A stretch of 64,000 bases of DNA, from positions 12,430-76,429 of IMG/VR virus record IMGVR_UViG_3300025133_000069. One strand, given 5' to 3'. Source of the stretch: a virus. Numbering within the stretch: the first letter of the stretch is position 1; each line of letters starts with the position of its first letter. The position numbers and the translations under genes were made by a program. The notes under the pieces were generated by a model. The model was not told the DNA's origin and ran no database searches. It saw nothing but the letters and a program-made list of their open reading frames with translations. Positions 1-9,916 of this stretch are shown piece by piece.

Positions 1-582
1 GATGCCGTGGGTCGTCCCACTCCTAAAGGTGAGGCTGTCTTAAAAAGCAAAAAGTCATTTTCTACAAGTCTTCGAGGCGCGCCCCTTATGGCACTAGACT
101 TATCTTTGAGATTAGAATTTGCAGGCCCAGAAGTAGAAGAGAAGGCCATGGCCGTCTTTGAATGGGGTCGAGATACCGCTATATGGACAGCTATCGGGGC
201 TGCATCGACCGCTGTCGTTGGTGCTGCATCTCCTGGTGTATTAGCTGGTATGATTATTTCTTGTATGGTTGATCCGACATGTCACCCACCAAAATCGCGA
301 AAGGAAGCGCATAGAGAAAAAATAAAAACATCAGAAGCTGGTATCGATGCTGCAATTGATATGTGTAGAAAATCTGGAATGGTGCCTGATCCTTTAAATC
401 CCCGGGGCTTAAAATATCGTTCGGGCAAACCTATAGGTGGTGTAGAGTGTGTGACACCCGAAGAAGCTGAAGAAAGAAAGAAAGAATTACCTTGCTGGGA
501 GCGTCCAGAAGGTTGTAGTCATTTGGAATCTGTTAGAGAAAATAAATCAGTTCATAAAATCAAAATTAAATTGTTAAAATAA
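1..582 (+). CDS. 3' part of a hypothetical (probable virion cargo) protein with a hydrophobic segment and basic C-terminal tail
   Basis: Frame is open from base 1, so 5'-truncated. Hydrophobic stretch TAIWTAIGAASTAVVGAASPGVLAGMIISC. Tail VRENKSVHKIKIKLLK resembles that of 29758..32013. Confidence 0.7.
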   Translation, partial: DAVGRPTPKGEAVLKSKKSFSTSLRGAPLMALDLSLRLEFAGPEVEEKAMAVFEWGRDTAIWTAIGAASTAVVGAASPGVLAGMIISCMVDPTCHPPKSRKEAHREKIKTSEAGIDAAIDMCRKSGMVPDPLNPRGLKYRSGKPIGGVECVTPEEAEERKKELPCWERPEGCSHLESVRENKSVHKIKIKLLK

Positions 583-618
583 GGCAGAAAGTCTTTTGAG
601 GGTTTATAACATTTACTT

Positions 619-628
619 ACTATTTAAT
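619..628 (+). promoter_or_regulatory. putative phage late promoter motif ACTATTTAAT
   Basis: Same motif recurs just upstream of starts at 12914, 19036, 19673, 28152 and 29240. Confidence 0.5.
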
Positions 629-655
629 ATTAGCCTCTTTTGAAAGGGAAAAAAT

Positions 656-1123
656 ATGAAAATTACAAAAAGACAACTTCAACGAATTATTAAAGAAGAA
701 CTTGAAAAAGTTTTGAAAGAAGCCGAAAAAGGTTGGGCCGGCGGAATAGGTGATATTATCCGTCGTGGTCTCGAAGAACTTATAAAAATAGCACAAGGAT
801 TGACTCAGGCACTTAAAGCAGCATGTGCACAAAAAGATTTAATTTTAATGGCGGTTAACAATCCAAAGATGATTAAATTAATTGTTAGTACTGCTAACCC
901 AGCAGAGGCCGCGGCTGCAATTACTCTAGCTGCACAGGAGGCCGGCATTCCCGTACCGGGAGACGCGACGAAGGCTTTGACTATGGTGATTACAGAAATG
1001 AAGAAAGATACATTTTTCTGGGATCAGCTTGTAAAAGCCATGAAAGATGAAAGTGTACGTAAAACAGTAGTGGCCACTATTTCAGCAGCGTGCCCGAAAC
1101 CAACGACGGAGCCGGTACCATAA
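656..1123 (+). CDS. leader-tagged hypothetical protein (MKITKRQLQRIIKEEL)
   Basis: 155-aa ORF; N-terminal leader shared with 26448, 27163 and 27545. Confidence 0.85.
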   Translation: MKITKRQLQRIIKEELEKVLKEAEKGWAGGIGDIIRRGLEELIKIAQGLTQALKAACAQKDLILMAVNNPKMIKLIVSTANPAEAAAAITLAAQEAGIPVPGDATKALTMVITEMKKDTFFWDQLVKAMKDESVRKTVVATISAACPKPTTEPVP

Positions 1124-1151
1124 AAATAATCATTTTATAAAGGAGCAAAAA

Positions 1152-1427
1152 ATGAAAGTTACCAAAAATTACCTTAGACGATTAATTGAACAAGAATTAA
1201 GAAATATACATGAAGATGATGATGATCCTCTCTCTGCTGAGCCTGGTGGTCTCGGTGGTCTCGGTGGTGAGAAACCTTCATTACCGCCTGATGCTGGTGG
1301 GGTGGCTGAGCCAGAAACAGCAGAAGCAATGTTAGAGAAGGTTCATGCAGATCTTGAAAGGTGGTTGGGAGGCCATGGCGGCGATGTTTCACCAAGTACA
1401 GATGTAGAAGACGAAGACGAATTTTAA
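1152..1427 (+). CDS. leader-tagged small acidic protein (MKVTKNYLRRLIEQEL)
   Basis: AAGGAG RBS; leader motif; short GGTGGTCTC tandem repeat inside. Confidence 0.8.
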   Translation: MKVTKNYLRRLIEQELRNIHEDDDDPLSAEPGGLGGLGGEKPSLPPDAGGVAEPETAEAMLEKVHADLERWLGGHGGDVSPSTDVEDEDEF

Positions 1428-1433
1428 ATCAGT

Positions 1434-1745
1434 TCACCACCAACATTCTGAACTGATATATTCCCATTCACATGTATCCCAATAAAAGCACCACTCATAT
1501 TCACAAATCCAGGAATCTGAATGTTCTTGCTTCCAAACACAGCATTCCGCATTTGAATATGAATCGCAATAGCGCATGCCTGTTTCTAAAGGCAGAGGAT
1601 CATACATGCAATAGTCTACCACTATTGCAGCCTCTTCGTAATAAACTGGCGTATTATCATCAGGATCTGAGGGGACTAGTCTCAGAGTGCAGCTTGTTGC
1701 TAACAAACTTAGCATGCCTAGCATGCAAATAAATAAATTTTTCAT
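1434..1745 (-). CDS. putative Cys/Trp-rich lipoprotein
   Basis: Signal peptide with lipobox-like LATSC; Cys-rich mature part. Confidence 0.6.
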   Translation of the reverse strand: MKNLFICMLGMLSLLATSCTLRLVPSDPDDNTPVYYEEAAIVVDYCMYDPLPLETGMRYCDSYSNAECCVWKQEHSDSWICEYEWCFYWDTCEWEYISSECWW

Positions 1746-1803
1746 ACTATCAATATAATAACAGTTTAGAAAGAATTAACTAATTATTTATGAGAACACC
1801 AAT

Positions 1804-2565
1804 ATGAAATTATTATTCGAAAGCTGGCGTCAATTTATATCTGAAGAAGAATCACCGCGAATTATCGCTATTGGTGACAGTATTACAGCGATGAAAGGAT
1901 CTTATATTGATCTCTTGGGCGGCGAGAAGTTTGCTAAAGGAGGACAGACAAGCAGACAGCGTATACTTTTTAATAAAGTTAAAGATGCTACAGCTGGAAG
2001 GTCTGATTATCCAGATTATATAATTCTTTTTATGGGTACTAATAATATTGGTGCTGGCGATAGACGTTATGGTGCTAGATTCGCCAAGCCAGAAGACGAG
2101 AATCCAAAATTCGTTAGTGAGTTAATAGCTGATTTAGGGAAATATTATGGTTGGGCCAAAACTGGCTGTGCGTTTGAAGGGAAGACGTCAAGAGAAACGA
2201 AATGTATTCCACAAGACCATTCAGCTACAGTTATTGTATTGCCATTGTTTCCTGCTTATGATTATTGGTTTAAACGATATAATACGTTGAACGAGAAGAA
2301 GAAGATAAGGTATGCTGGTTGGGAACCTAATTTAATGATGAAAAATTTAAATAAAGTTAATCAAGCGATCGCTGAAATATCAGATATACCTATAAGCAAT
2401 GAATCAATGTTAGAAGTTGCTGTTAACTGGAAGGATGACGGAAGTGGTTTGGTAGGAAAAAACATCCAAGAACAATACAGAGGAAGAAAAGGCAATGATT
2501 ATATTCATCCCAACAAAGCAGGTCATGCAGCATTAAAAGCCCTAATTAAAGAGAGGCTGTTTTAA
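1804..2565 (+). CDS. SGNH/GDSL-family hydrolase with N-terminal leader
   Basis: Block I AIGDSIT, block III GTNN, block V DYIHP; leader MKLLFESWRQFISEE. Confidence 0.8.
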   Translation: MKLLFESWRQFISEEESPRIIAIGDSITAMKGSYIDLLGGEKFAKGGQTSRQRILFNKVKDATAGRSDYPDYIILFMGTNNIGAGDRRYGARFAKPEDENPKFVSELIADLGKYYGWAKTGCAFEGKTSRETKCIPQDHSATVIVLPLFPAYDYWFKRYNTLNEKKKIRYAGWEPNLMMKNLNKVNQAIAEISDIPISNESMLEVAVNWKDDGSGLVGKNIQEQYRGRKGNDYIHPNKAGHAALKALIKERLF

Positions 2566-2572
2566 TAATAAT

Positions 2573-5500
2573 ATGAAAAAAAGAACTATCACCAAATCTC
2601 AATTAGAAAATGTCATCTCTGAACGCTTGACTGGTCTATTGCAGGAAGAAAAAATAATTCCTGTAAAGAAAAGAACTATCACTAAGTCCCAATTAGAGAG
2701 CGTTATATCCGAACGTTTAACAAATCTCTTAAAAGAATCGAATCCTGTATTCAAAAATCCCGCCACAGGGCGTGTGAGGGGTGGGCGCACTGTGACGTCG
2801 GCCCGTGGCCTGGAGTTCGTCGAGGCTCACCTGACACACAGAGGGATTGCGCGCGGGCTCCAATTCGGAGTTAGTACAGAGGGACCACCCGAACAGTATT
2901 ATTTAAAGGGTAATAATCCCAAAGATTGGCATTGGCCAACTTTAACGAATCGTGATTATGAAAAAGCGCTGCAGGCGGCCCATGACTTCCTGGGCTTCGA
3001 ACCAATGCATGGAGAGGTTGGTCCCCATGGGGAGAAGCGCCGGATGATGCTCGCTGAAATGAGTTCGAAACAATATTGGACAAGAGTTGCAGCATTACAG
3101 GATAAATATGAAAAGATATTACGTGAACACTTTGAAAAACATCCACTTGTTATTAAAGATCCAGTTCTCCGTCTCGGGAAAACGGCGCCGAGCAAAGCTG
3201 CCAAGCGCGCGGCGAGGAGAAGACTTGCTAAGGCGGGGCTCGCAATTGAGAAGCCGGCATATCATGCAGCGCGAACAGGGGCTGAGCAGCTACCAGCGGT
3301 TAAACCGGGCCGCGGCCAACCAGCCAGCAAAGCTGAAATAAAGAAGATGACAATTCCCGAACTAAAAGCTAAGCTGACGGGTATGGATGAAACGACACTT
3401 GCAAAACATCAATTGTCAGCAGAAGAAATAGTTAATGAAAGAATTAAACGAATGTCTTTTGGCAGAGCAATAATTCAAGCAGATTCAGAGTGGATTGCAA
3501 CAAACTTTATGAAAACAAAAGTGCCTGTTATACCACCATTCTTTGAATTAATGAAACTTGAATCTGAATGGAAAATACGTGAATTTTATCGCGTCATGGG
3601 GAGCCGCGGTCAGCGGAAGGGACGTTTGGATCTGCGGCCGGGTGATATTCTTGAAAATAAAGTAGAAACGCTTCGAGACGCTATGCGTTGGCTTAGTGGA
3701 ATGGAAGAGATACCAGGGATGAAGGCCGGGATGACTGGAGAAAAATCCGCCATTGAATTAAGGAAAGAAATTTGGAAAGGTAATATATCTGGTGAGTTAG
3801 AAGAAACAAAGCGTCAAGATCGCCATGGCGCGCACAGGAGCGAAATAGAAAAACAGTTACACACACTTGAGAAGCAAACGAATGCACTTGAAAAAGAGCT
3901 GGGGTATAAGAAGGGTAAAATATGGGAAGAATTATTATTAGACTATAAAGAAACACCGGTAATAGAGAAAGAAACAAGAGGAGAGCGTCGAAAAAGAGGA
4001 TATCCAGAAAAGAAAGAAAAAAAAGGCACGCCCCAAGCAAAAAAGAAACTTCCAAGAAGAGTACGTACACTTGAACAACCAGGATGGCGTTATAGATCAG
4101 ACCTGAGATTTCACGCCACGGCTCCGACTGCCTCCCCTAGAGAAATGTGGTCACCAACTTTGCAACGCTCTCCTTCAGCTGAGCCTTCAATGCCTGGTAA
4201 AAGGTATTTTGGAAACGAACAATTCCAGATAATGACAGCCTTACGTTCTTTAGGTGATCCTATAATTTTACCAGATGAACTTTGGAATAATTTATATGGA
4301 GAAGGACCAATTTGGGGTGTTAAACTTCTAGGTACCCCGACGGAGCCGGTCCTGCGCGAAGAAGGATTATTTGGTAGATTTCCCAGTGGCCGCGGCTTGC
4401 CTGAAGAAATAATATCAGATTTAACATTTTGGAAAGATAATACGATATCAGAAAGTAAAGTTCGAGAACGTTTCAAACGTCTGCCTGAAGTGTTTGGTAC
4501 TTTAAGAGACCTTCGGATTGCGGCGCCACAGGCCTGGCTCCCGAAAAAAATTGCAGATGTAGTATCTCCCAGGGGTCGTGACCCGGGTAGGTATGTTACC
4601 GATAAAATAATAAATGAATTTATTGATGCGTATTCTTTGAACTTGGGAACAACAGGAACTTCTGATATTCTTATTAGTGAAGATGGAACTATAAGATTTC
4701 TTGATAAAAAAGGCCGTCTGTCCCCCACAAAAAAATTGACACGAGGGAAGAATTTATTACAAGGTAAATTACTAGAAGAAGTCGCAGATCTCATTGAAGA
4801 ATTACATAAAGAAAGTGTAGCCAAAATAACAAGAGAAGAAGTTGTAAAAGCAACCCCAAGAGAAGGTGACCACCTTCATTACCGTATTAACTTGGAGCGC
4901 GAACAGAGAGTCCGACCGACCTGGGGGGCAGGCGAGACGTTTGAGAGCAGGTATCCCGGTGGGAGCGCGCATCCGCCGCGAACTGATCGAGGTGCTGGTA
5001 TGCGTCCCAAATGGGAAAGATGGCATATAGGTGAACAGTATGTTCCAGATCTATTTCATGGAGAACGATTTGATATCGAAGGCACCACGGTCGGCGACCG
5101 GTCGTCGCGCCTGCAGCAGCTTTTGGCAATGCGAGGAGAAGATTCTGTTTGGGATGCTAAGCCATTAGAAAATTTCAAAAATGACCCACGTCTCGGGAAA
5201 CAACCTATAGGCCCCGATGGTAGGCCGATGGACTCCAACGCGTGGCATGATCAAGTGGTTTACCATTGGCCAGAGGAGGTGGCGGCCCGAAGAGCTCTGC
5301 GGGGCGCGGCTATAAACATGCGTAATAAGATACGTTATAGAGATGGGATCCCCCCGACGTCGGGGGGACGGCTCGTGATTGGTGCCAACTTACTTGAAGA
5401 AGCCAAGTTTGGACCAAGAGATATGAAATTAAAAGATGGCACAATTATATTCTTAGAAGATTATCTAATGCTAAAAGAAGGCGAGGGTATCTTGATGGGA

Positions 5501-8500
5501 GAATATGGGAAAAGATATGTTTATCCTATCCCCGTCAAAGCAAGGGAACACCACCCGGGAACCCAGCGTTGGGCAGAAAAAAACCTTCCCGATACTCCGT
5601 TGGCCCGGGCAAGGGCCCGGGCTATAGCCATAATAGGAGCAAATGCGTATGAAGGCGTTTATATGCCCTCCGGACCGTCTGGCGAAGGATCCCGTGTGGG
5701 CAACGCCTGGTACTTCGAGTCTGGCATGGAATCGTCGGTGTGGGAAACGAACCCTAACTGGATTGCGATTGAAGGTGATTCAACGTGGATGCACCAAGGC
5801 CAAATTGATAGGATTAAAAAACATATATTGGGAACTGAAAATGGTACGGCAAGATGGAATAGAGTAGAAAGGGATGTAGTACACTGGTTAAAGGATGGCA
5901 TACCAAGTTATATAAAAGAAGAGTGGGTTGAAACAAATAAAAAAATCATCTACCTCCACCGGCGCCGGCTGAGCACGGCGTACGGTCCGGACGTGGATCG
6001 TGGGCGCGTGAGACGCGAAGTTGTGAAACTGATCGGGGAGATAGAGAAGGGTGAGGGTCCAGGTGTCTTACGAGGCGCACAGATCAGTCCTATGACTCCC
6101 ACGTGGAAGGCACCGAATGGAGCATTGATCCACGCAGGATTTCGAGATGATATGTACGAACTTTTGGAACTATATGATCTTGAAAGTTCACATAAAATAG
6201 AAAAAGAGATTTTAACGCAAAAAGCATATAGTGACGCAATAAAAAATATGGAAAGACGTTGGCTTACTAATAACTTCAAAGAACAATCTGTATATTTTGG
6301 TGGTCAATCGCGAGCGGAGAAGAGTTTGGGGCGTGCGAGGTTTGAGGTTACCTTGAGCCCTGAGGCGCGTATTCTGTGGGTATTGCAAGATAGAGATTTA
6401 TTAGAAATTATAGAATTTATGAATGAAAATCCAGGGGAGCGTGTTTTCATACCTAGAATAGTACAACATTATTGGGGATCAGTTAGTACTTATCCTACAG
6501 GAAGAGCACTGCCAGAAGAAATATTAAATGATGTGAGGCTTTTAATCCATGATAAAATGACATCTGTTGAAGATGCCTTGCTACACACTGAACGGCGATG
6601 GGGTGGCGGCAAAACTACAAAAGAATGGAAGAACGATAAATTATGGGAAGAATATGTTAGAGAAAATATGCGCCTTGGAAGTAGGGGGTTTGGAGTTTGG
6701 CAAAAGGGTATTTGGGATCCCGAGACCGGTGATCCTGTATATGATGAGAAGGGTAAACAGAAATTTCGGCTAGAAGAAATTCATGATGAAGGCAAAGCTA
6801 AAAGAATAAAGAAGATTAATGAAGCAAGAGCGGAGAGACGGCGCGCAGCGGCGGAGAGACGGCGCCCGTCGCCCCAATCGCCGCGCCTCGACGTGACGTC
6901 CGGGCGTGGACTCGTACCTTCGGGTTTGCACGCGGAGCCCGTGCCCGGGTTTGGCGCGAGGTCTAATATAGTTTTGGCGACCGGCGAAATTGTGTCGGTA
7001 AATGTTGAATGGGCCCGGGAGTGGATTGAATCTGAATTATGGAAAAAATTAAACCCTGGTCGCGTGGAACCGCTCCTTAACCCCGTGGGGGAAGTGGAAA
7101 AAATGTATAATCAGCTTCTTCTTTATCCTGATTTGCCTGAGGGGGCAGCAAGAGTAGTACTCACTAACAAAGCTATAGCGGTTGAAGAACAAGTGTTGAT
7201 CAATTTGATGCAAGGCCATACGAGCAGAGAATTTCACTTATTAGAATTTGAAAAGATTCTACGTCGGGAAATGATTCCACAAGTAGAAGCTGGAAAAATT
7301 TCGCCGGCTAAAGCTGATGCTTTGGCGGCGAGATTGTCGCGACAGGCATGGGAAAAAGGCCTGAATCGTCATATAATCCAATTGGAAATTCGAGCGCGGT
7401 CGGAAGCTGGAGCGTATGAAAGTGCAGAAGCATTAATGGCAAGAATTAATAATTCTGGCAATATACCTCCTTCTGTAAAGAAGGCTCTTAAGGGGGTTAA
7501 AAAAACTTTGCCTCCAGCAATGTTTATTTTGATAGGATACGGCATGTGGGAGATTTGGTATGATCCTGGAGCTGATCTTACCGATGATGATACAGTTTTT
7601 GAAAAAATTAGGCAGACTTCAATTCTGTTGGATCCAACAATTTTTGGTGTTCAAGCAGTTACAGGTGTTGTTGACATATTATATGAAGACAATCCAGAAT
7701 GGCGCTGGGATGATCCGTGGCATCTTATTCCTGGACATATTCTTTGGAGTCGACTTGGCAAAATACGTGAACCGGAAGAAGCAAAACGAAAAAGTAGAGA
7801 ACACGCAGAGGCCGGCAAGGGCGTCCTCGATTGGGTTAGCAGGTATCGACCATGGTGGGGACAGCCGACAGGTCGAACGTTTGGAGGTGAGCATGCGCCT
7901 GGCGGGGCACATGTCCTGGGCCAGCATGATCGCTATGGTGGTATATCACCAGGTACATTAAAATTCTGTTTAGACCAACCAGATGATGGATGGTGTAAAG
8001 AATATGCACCAAATATATGGCCAGAATTTTGTTTGCAATATCCTGAGAGCGCAGAATGTAAAGATATCAAAGAGAAGATTAAGAATTATCGACAAGATAT
8101 ATTTGACAGATTTATGGATCCAATTAAAGAAAAAGCGCTAGAAGAATTAATAGGTGAACCATTTGAGCTTCCAGAAGATATATGTAAAGATGCAAAAGGA
8201 AGTACAGAAGAAGAGAAAAAGAAAGATTGTAAACGTCTTAAAAATTTAGCGTTCAAGCAACATCTTATGAAAGGTGTTTTTAAACAAATAGAACAAGATA
8301 AGGAACTCACACCTAAACGAGCATTTAAAAAACTATTAGATGAATGGACGTCTATGACCCTTGAAGGATGTAAAGATATTCCTGGCAATCCATGTAAAGC
8401 TGGATCTACCACATTACCCTTTAAGGATTGGGATGCCCGCGCGGCCAAAAAGAGATTGCCTAAACCTGTAGCTGAATTAGGACCTGAAGAAGAATTTGAA

Positions 8501-8860
8501 ATGACTTTCGAACCAGATCCAATGGTGCCTCAAGATTATGATCCTGATACAGGGAAACCGAAAGCTAGACCTAAACCATCAGAATATGATCCAAAGGGCA
8601 AGGAACAAATGAAACGTAGAAGACAAAGCATACAAAAATATAAAGAAGCAACAGTCAGAACGTTGGTTAAACGCATGTTAACAGGCGTTCGTGGAGCAGA
8701 GAGGGAAAAGAGAATAAAGCAAATAAAAGATTTGCAAAAAATTGACTTACCGTGGGATATGAAATGGCCAAGTAAACAGAGGTCCGTAAAAGAAAATCTT
8801 AATCTAGATATTGCAGAAATCGCAAAAATAATAATTGAAGAAACTAAAAAACTTTTCTAA
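2573..8860 (+). CDS. giant (2095 aa) leader-tagged hypothetical protein with GC-mosaic body
   Basis: Uninterrupted ORF; duplicated leader KKRTITKSQLExVISERLTxLLxE; hydrophobic helix near 7510-7560; no recognisable catalytic domain. Confidence 0.8.
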   Translation: MKKRTITKSQLENVISERLTGLLQEEKIIPVKKRTITKSQLESVISERLTNLLKESNPVFKNPATGRVRGGRTVTSARGLEFVEAHLTHRGIARGLQFGVSTEGPPEQYYLKGNNPKDWHWPTLTNRDYEKALQAAHDFLGFEPMHGEVGPHGEKRRMMLAEMSSKQYWTRVAALQDKYEKILREHFEKHPLVIKDPVLRLGKTAPSKAAKRAARRRLAKAGLAIEKPAYHAARTGAEQLPAVKPGRGQPASKAEIKKMTIPELKAKLTGMDETTLAKHQLSAEEIVNERIKRMSFGRAIIQADSEWIATNFMKTKVPVIPPFFELMKLESEWKIREFYRVMGSRGQRKGRLDLRPGDILENKVETLRDAMRWLSGMEEIPGMKAGMTGEKSAIELRKEIWKGNISGELEETKRQDRHGAHRSEIEKQLHTLEKQTNALEKELGYKKGKIWEELLLDYKETPVIEKETRGERRKRGYPEKKEKKGTPQAKKKLPRRVRTLEQPGWRYRSDLRFHATAPTASPREMWSPTLQRSPSAEPSMPGKRYFGNEQFQIMTALRSLGDPIILPDELWNNLYGEGPIWGVKLLGTPTEPVLREEGLFGRFPSGRGLPEEIISDLTFWKDNTISESKVRERFKRLPEVFGTLRDLRIAAPQAWLPKKIADVVSPRGRDPGRYVTDKIINEFIDAYSLNLGTTGTSDILISEDGTIRFLDKKGRLSPTKKLTRGKNLLQGKLLEEVADLIEELHKESVAKITREEVVKATPREGDHLHYRINLEREQRVRPTWGAGETFESRYPGGSAHPPRTDRGAGMRPKWERWHIGEQYVPDLFHGERFDIEGTTVGDRSSRLQQLLAMRGEDSVWDAKPLENFKNDPRLGKQPIGPDGRPMDSNAWHDQVVYHWPEEVAARRALRGAAINMRNKIRYRDGIPPTSGGRLVIGANLLEEAKFGPRDMKLKDGTIIFLEDYLMLKEGEGILMGEYGKRYVYPIPVKAREHHPGTQRWAEKNLPDTPLARARARAIAIIGANAYEGVYMPSGPSGEGSRVGNAWYFESGMESSVWETNPNWIAIEGDSTWMHQGQIDRIKKHILGTENGTARWNRVERDVVHWLKDGIPSYIKEEWVETNKKIIYLHRRRLSTAYGPDVDRGRVRREVVKLIGEIEKGEGPGVLRGAQISPMTPTWKAPNGALIHAGFRDDMYELLELYDLESSHKIEKEILTQKAYSDAIKNMERRWLTNNFKEQSVYFGGQSRAEKSLGRARFEVTLSPEARILWVLQDRDLLEIIEFMNENPGERVFIPRIVQHYWGSVSTYPTGRALPEEILNDVRLLIHDKMTSVEDALLHTERRWGGGKTTKEWKNDKLWEEYVRENMRLGSRGFGVWQKGIWDPETGDPVYDEKGKQKFRLEEIHDEGKAKRIKKINEARAERRRAAAERRRPSPQSPRLDVTSGRGLVPSGLHAEPVPGFGARSNIVLATGEIVSVNVEWAREWIESELWKKLNPGRVEPLLNPVGEVEKMYNQLLLYPDLPEGAARVVLTNKAIAVEEQVLINLMQGHTSREFHLLEFEKILRREMIPQVEAGKISPAKADALAARLSRQAWEKGLNRHIIQLEIRARSEAGAYESAEALMARINNSGNIPPSVKKALKGVKKTLPPAMFILIGYGMWEIWYDPGADLTDDDTVFEKIRQTSILLDPTIFGVQAVTGVVDILYEDNPEWRWDDPWHLIPGHILWSRLGKIREPEEAKRKSREHAEAGKGVLDWVSRYRPWWGQPTGRTFGGEHAPGGAHVLGQHDRYGGISPGTLKFCLDQPDDGWCKEYAPNIWPEFCLQYPESAECKDIKEKIKNYRQDIFDRFMDPIKEKALEELIGEPFELPEDICKDAKGSTEEEKKKDCKRLKNLAFKQHLMKGVFKQIEQDKELTPKRAFKKLLDEWTSMTLEGCKDIPGNPCKAGSTTLPFKDWDARAAKKRLPKPVAELGPEEEFEMTFEPDPMVPQDYDPDTGKPKARPKPSEYDPKGKEQMKRRRQSIQKYKEATVRTLVKRMLTGVRGAEREKRIKQIKDLQKIDLPWDMKWPSKQRSVKENLNLDIAEIAKIIIEETKKLF

Positions 8861-8883
8861 TTATAAGTCATGGAGGTTTTAAA

Positions 8884-8973
8884 ATGGATAAAGTACTAAC
8901 TGCCCTTAAAAAACATTGGTGGGTTGTTCCTGCTGTTGTCGCAGCTGCCGTTGTTGTAAATCATTGTTTATAG
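8884..8973 (+). CDS. small membrane peptide MDKVLTALKKHWWVVPAVVAAAVVVNHCL
   Basis: GGAGG RBS at 8872; single hydrophobic helix; below the ORF-track length cutoff. Confidence 0.6.
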   Translation: MDKVLTALKKHWWVVPAVVAAAVVVNHCL

Positions 8974-8982
8974 GAAACTACT

Positions 8983-9159
8983 ATGTGTTTAATTTGTACA
9001 CAAATCATACAAGATAAATTGACAGTTAAAGAAGCTCGCCACAACCTTGGTGAACTTTATCTTAATATGGATAAAGAACATATCCATGAAGTTTTAAAAC
9101 TTATTTGGCAGAAAGAAGACGAGGAATATGAATCTTTAAGTGATGTTGGTTCGGACTAG
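8983..9159 (+). CDS. small hypothetical protein (MCLIC..., 58 aa)
   Basis: ATG follows the previous stop; N-terminal CxxC; fills the gap to the convergent gene. Confidence 0.6.
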   Translation: MCLICTQIIQDKLTVKEARHNLGELYLNMDKEHIHEVLKLIWQKEDEEYESLSDVGSD

Positions 9160-9455
9160 CTCATTACTTTCAACACTGTCCACAAATGTCTTACGGCTTT
9201 GTTATCAAAATAGAGGTAGGCGCCCTCTGGGAGCACCTCTACCGACCTAATACCCTTGCGGCATCTTTTGATGGCGTTACATAGATCAGAATTTGTTGCA
9301 TAGAAGCAGACAACTCCTTCTTCTTTTACTTCTCTCTTGTTTCTTGTAACGATTGTTTCACAATCCGAATCTCCTGCCAAATTAAAATAACGTTCGCATA
9401 GCATATCGAGTGTTTCTTCAAATTTTGGACTTGAACGAGAAATCTTTTTTGTCAT
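9156..9455 (-). CDS. hypothetical protein
   Basis: 99-aa ORF with AAGGA RBS on the minus strand. Confidence 0.65.
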   Translation of the reverse strand: MTKKISRSSPKFEETLDMLCERYFNLAGDSDCETIVTRNKREVKEEGVVCFYATNSDLCNAIKRCRKGIRSVEVLPEGAYLYFDNKAVRHLWTVLKVMS

Positions 9456-9519
9456 ATTGATTTTTCCTTAACGAAAATAAAATTTTATTGTACCTTTAAT
9501 GTAGGTACTAGTTATTAGT

Positions 9520-9612
9520 ATGGAAACAGTTTTATTAGTGGCAGCAATGTTCTCAGTTTTTTTTATGGGAATCATAATTGGAATAATCGTAGGAGCGGCA
9601 ATTTATAAATGA
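9520..9612 (+). CDS. small membrane peptide METVLLVAAMFSVFFMGIIIGIIVGAAIYK
   Basis: ACTAGTTATT motif at 9507; stop overlaps the next start (ATGA). Confidence 0.55.
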   Translation: METVLLVAAMFSVFFMGIIIGIIVGAAIYK

Positions 9613-9905
9613 AAATAGGTTTTCGAAAATACGACGATGGTTTAAAAAATAAAATCTTTCTTGATAATAAACTTATCGGTGAAGTAGGACTAAACATTTG
9701 GAATCAAAAATGGAAGATGACTCCATATTTTAGTTTTAGTCCGATGGAACAAGGAATTTTATATTCTGAATATGGATCCTGTTATAAAGCAGGGAAAGCT
9801 TTAGTAAAATTATATTCTGATACTTATATGGTATTTGAAGAAGACGATTTAGATGATACGCAAGAGATAGATATGAGGAGTATAATTAAACGTCGTCGTC
9901 CGTGA
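9609..9905 (+). CDS. hypothetical protein
   Basis: 98-aa ORF translationally coupled to its neighbours. Confidence 0.7.
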   Translation: MKIGFRKYDDGLKNKIFLDNKLIGEVGLNIWNQKWKMTPYFSFSPMEQGILYSEYGSCYKAGKALVKLYSDTYMVFEEDDLDDTQEIDMRSIIKRRRP

Positions 9906-9916
9906 GGATTCAAAGT

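Noticed and set aside
2573-8860. Classical diversity-generating retroelement as the cause of the GC patches
   Set aside because: No reverse transcriptase and no TR/VR pair differing only at adenines found in this window; patches are dispersed rather than C-terminal. A trans-acting element elsewhere cannot be excluded.
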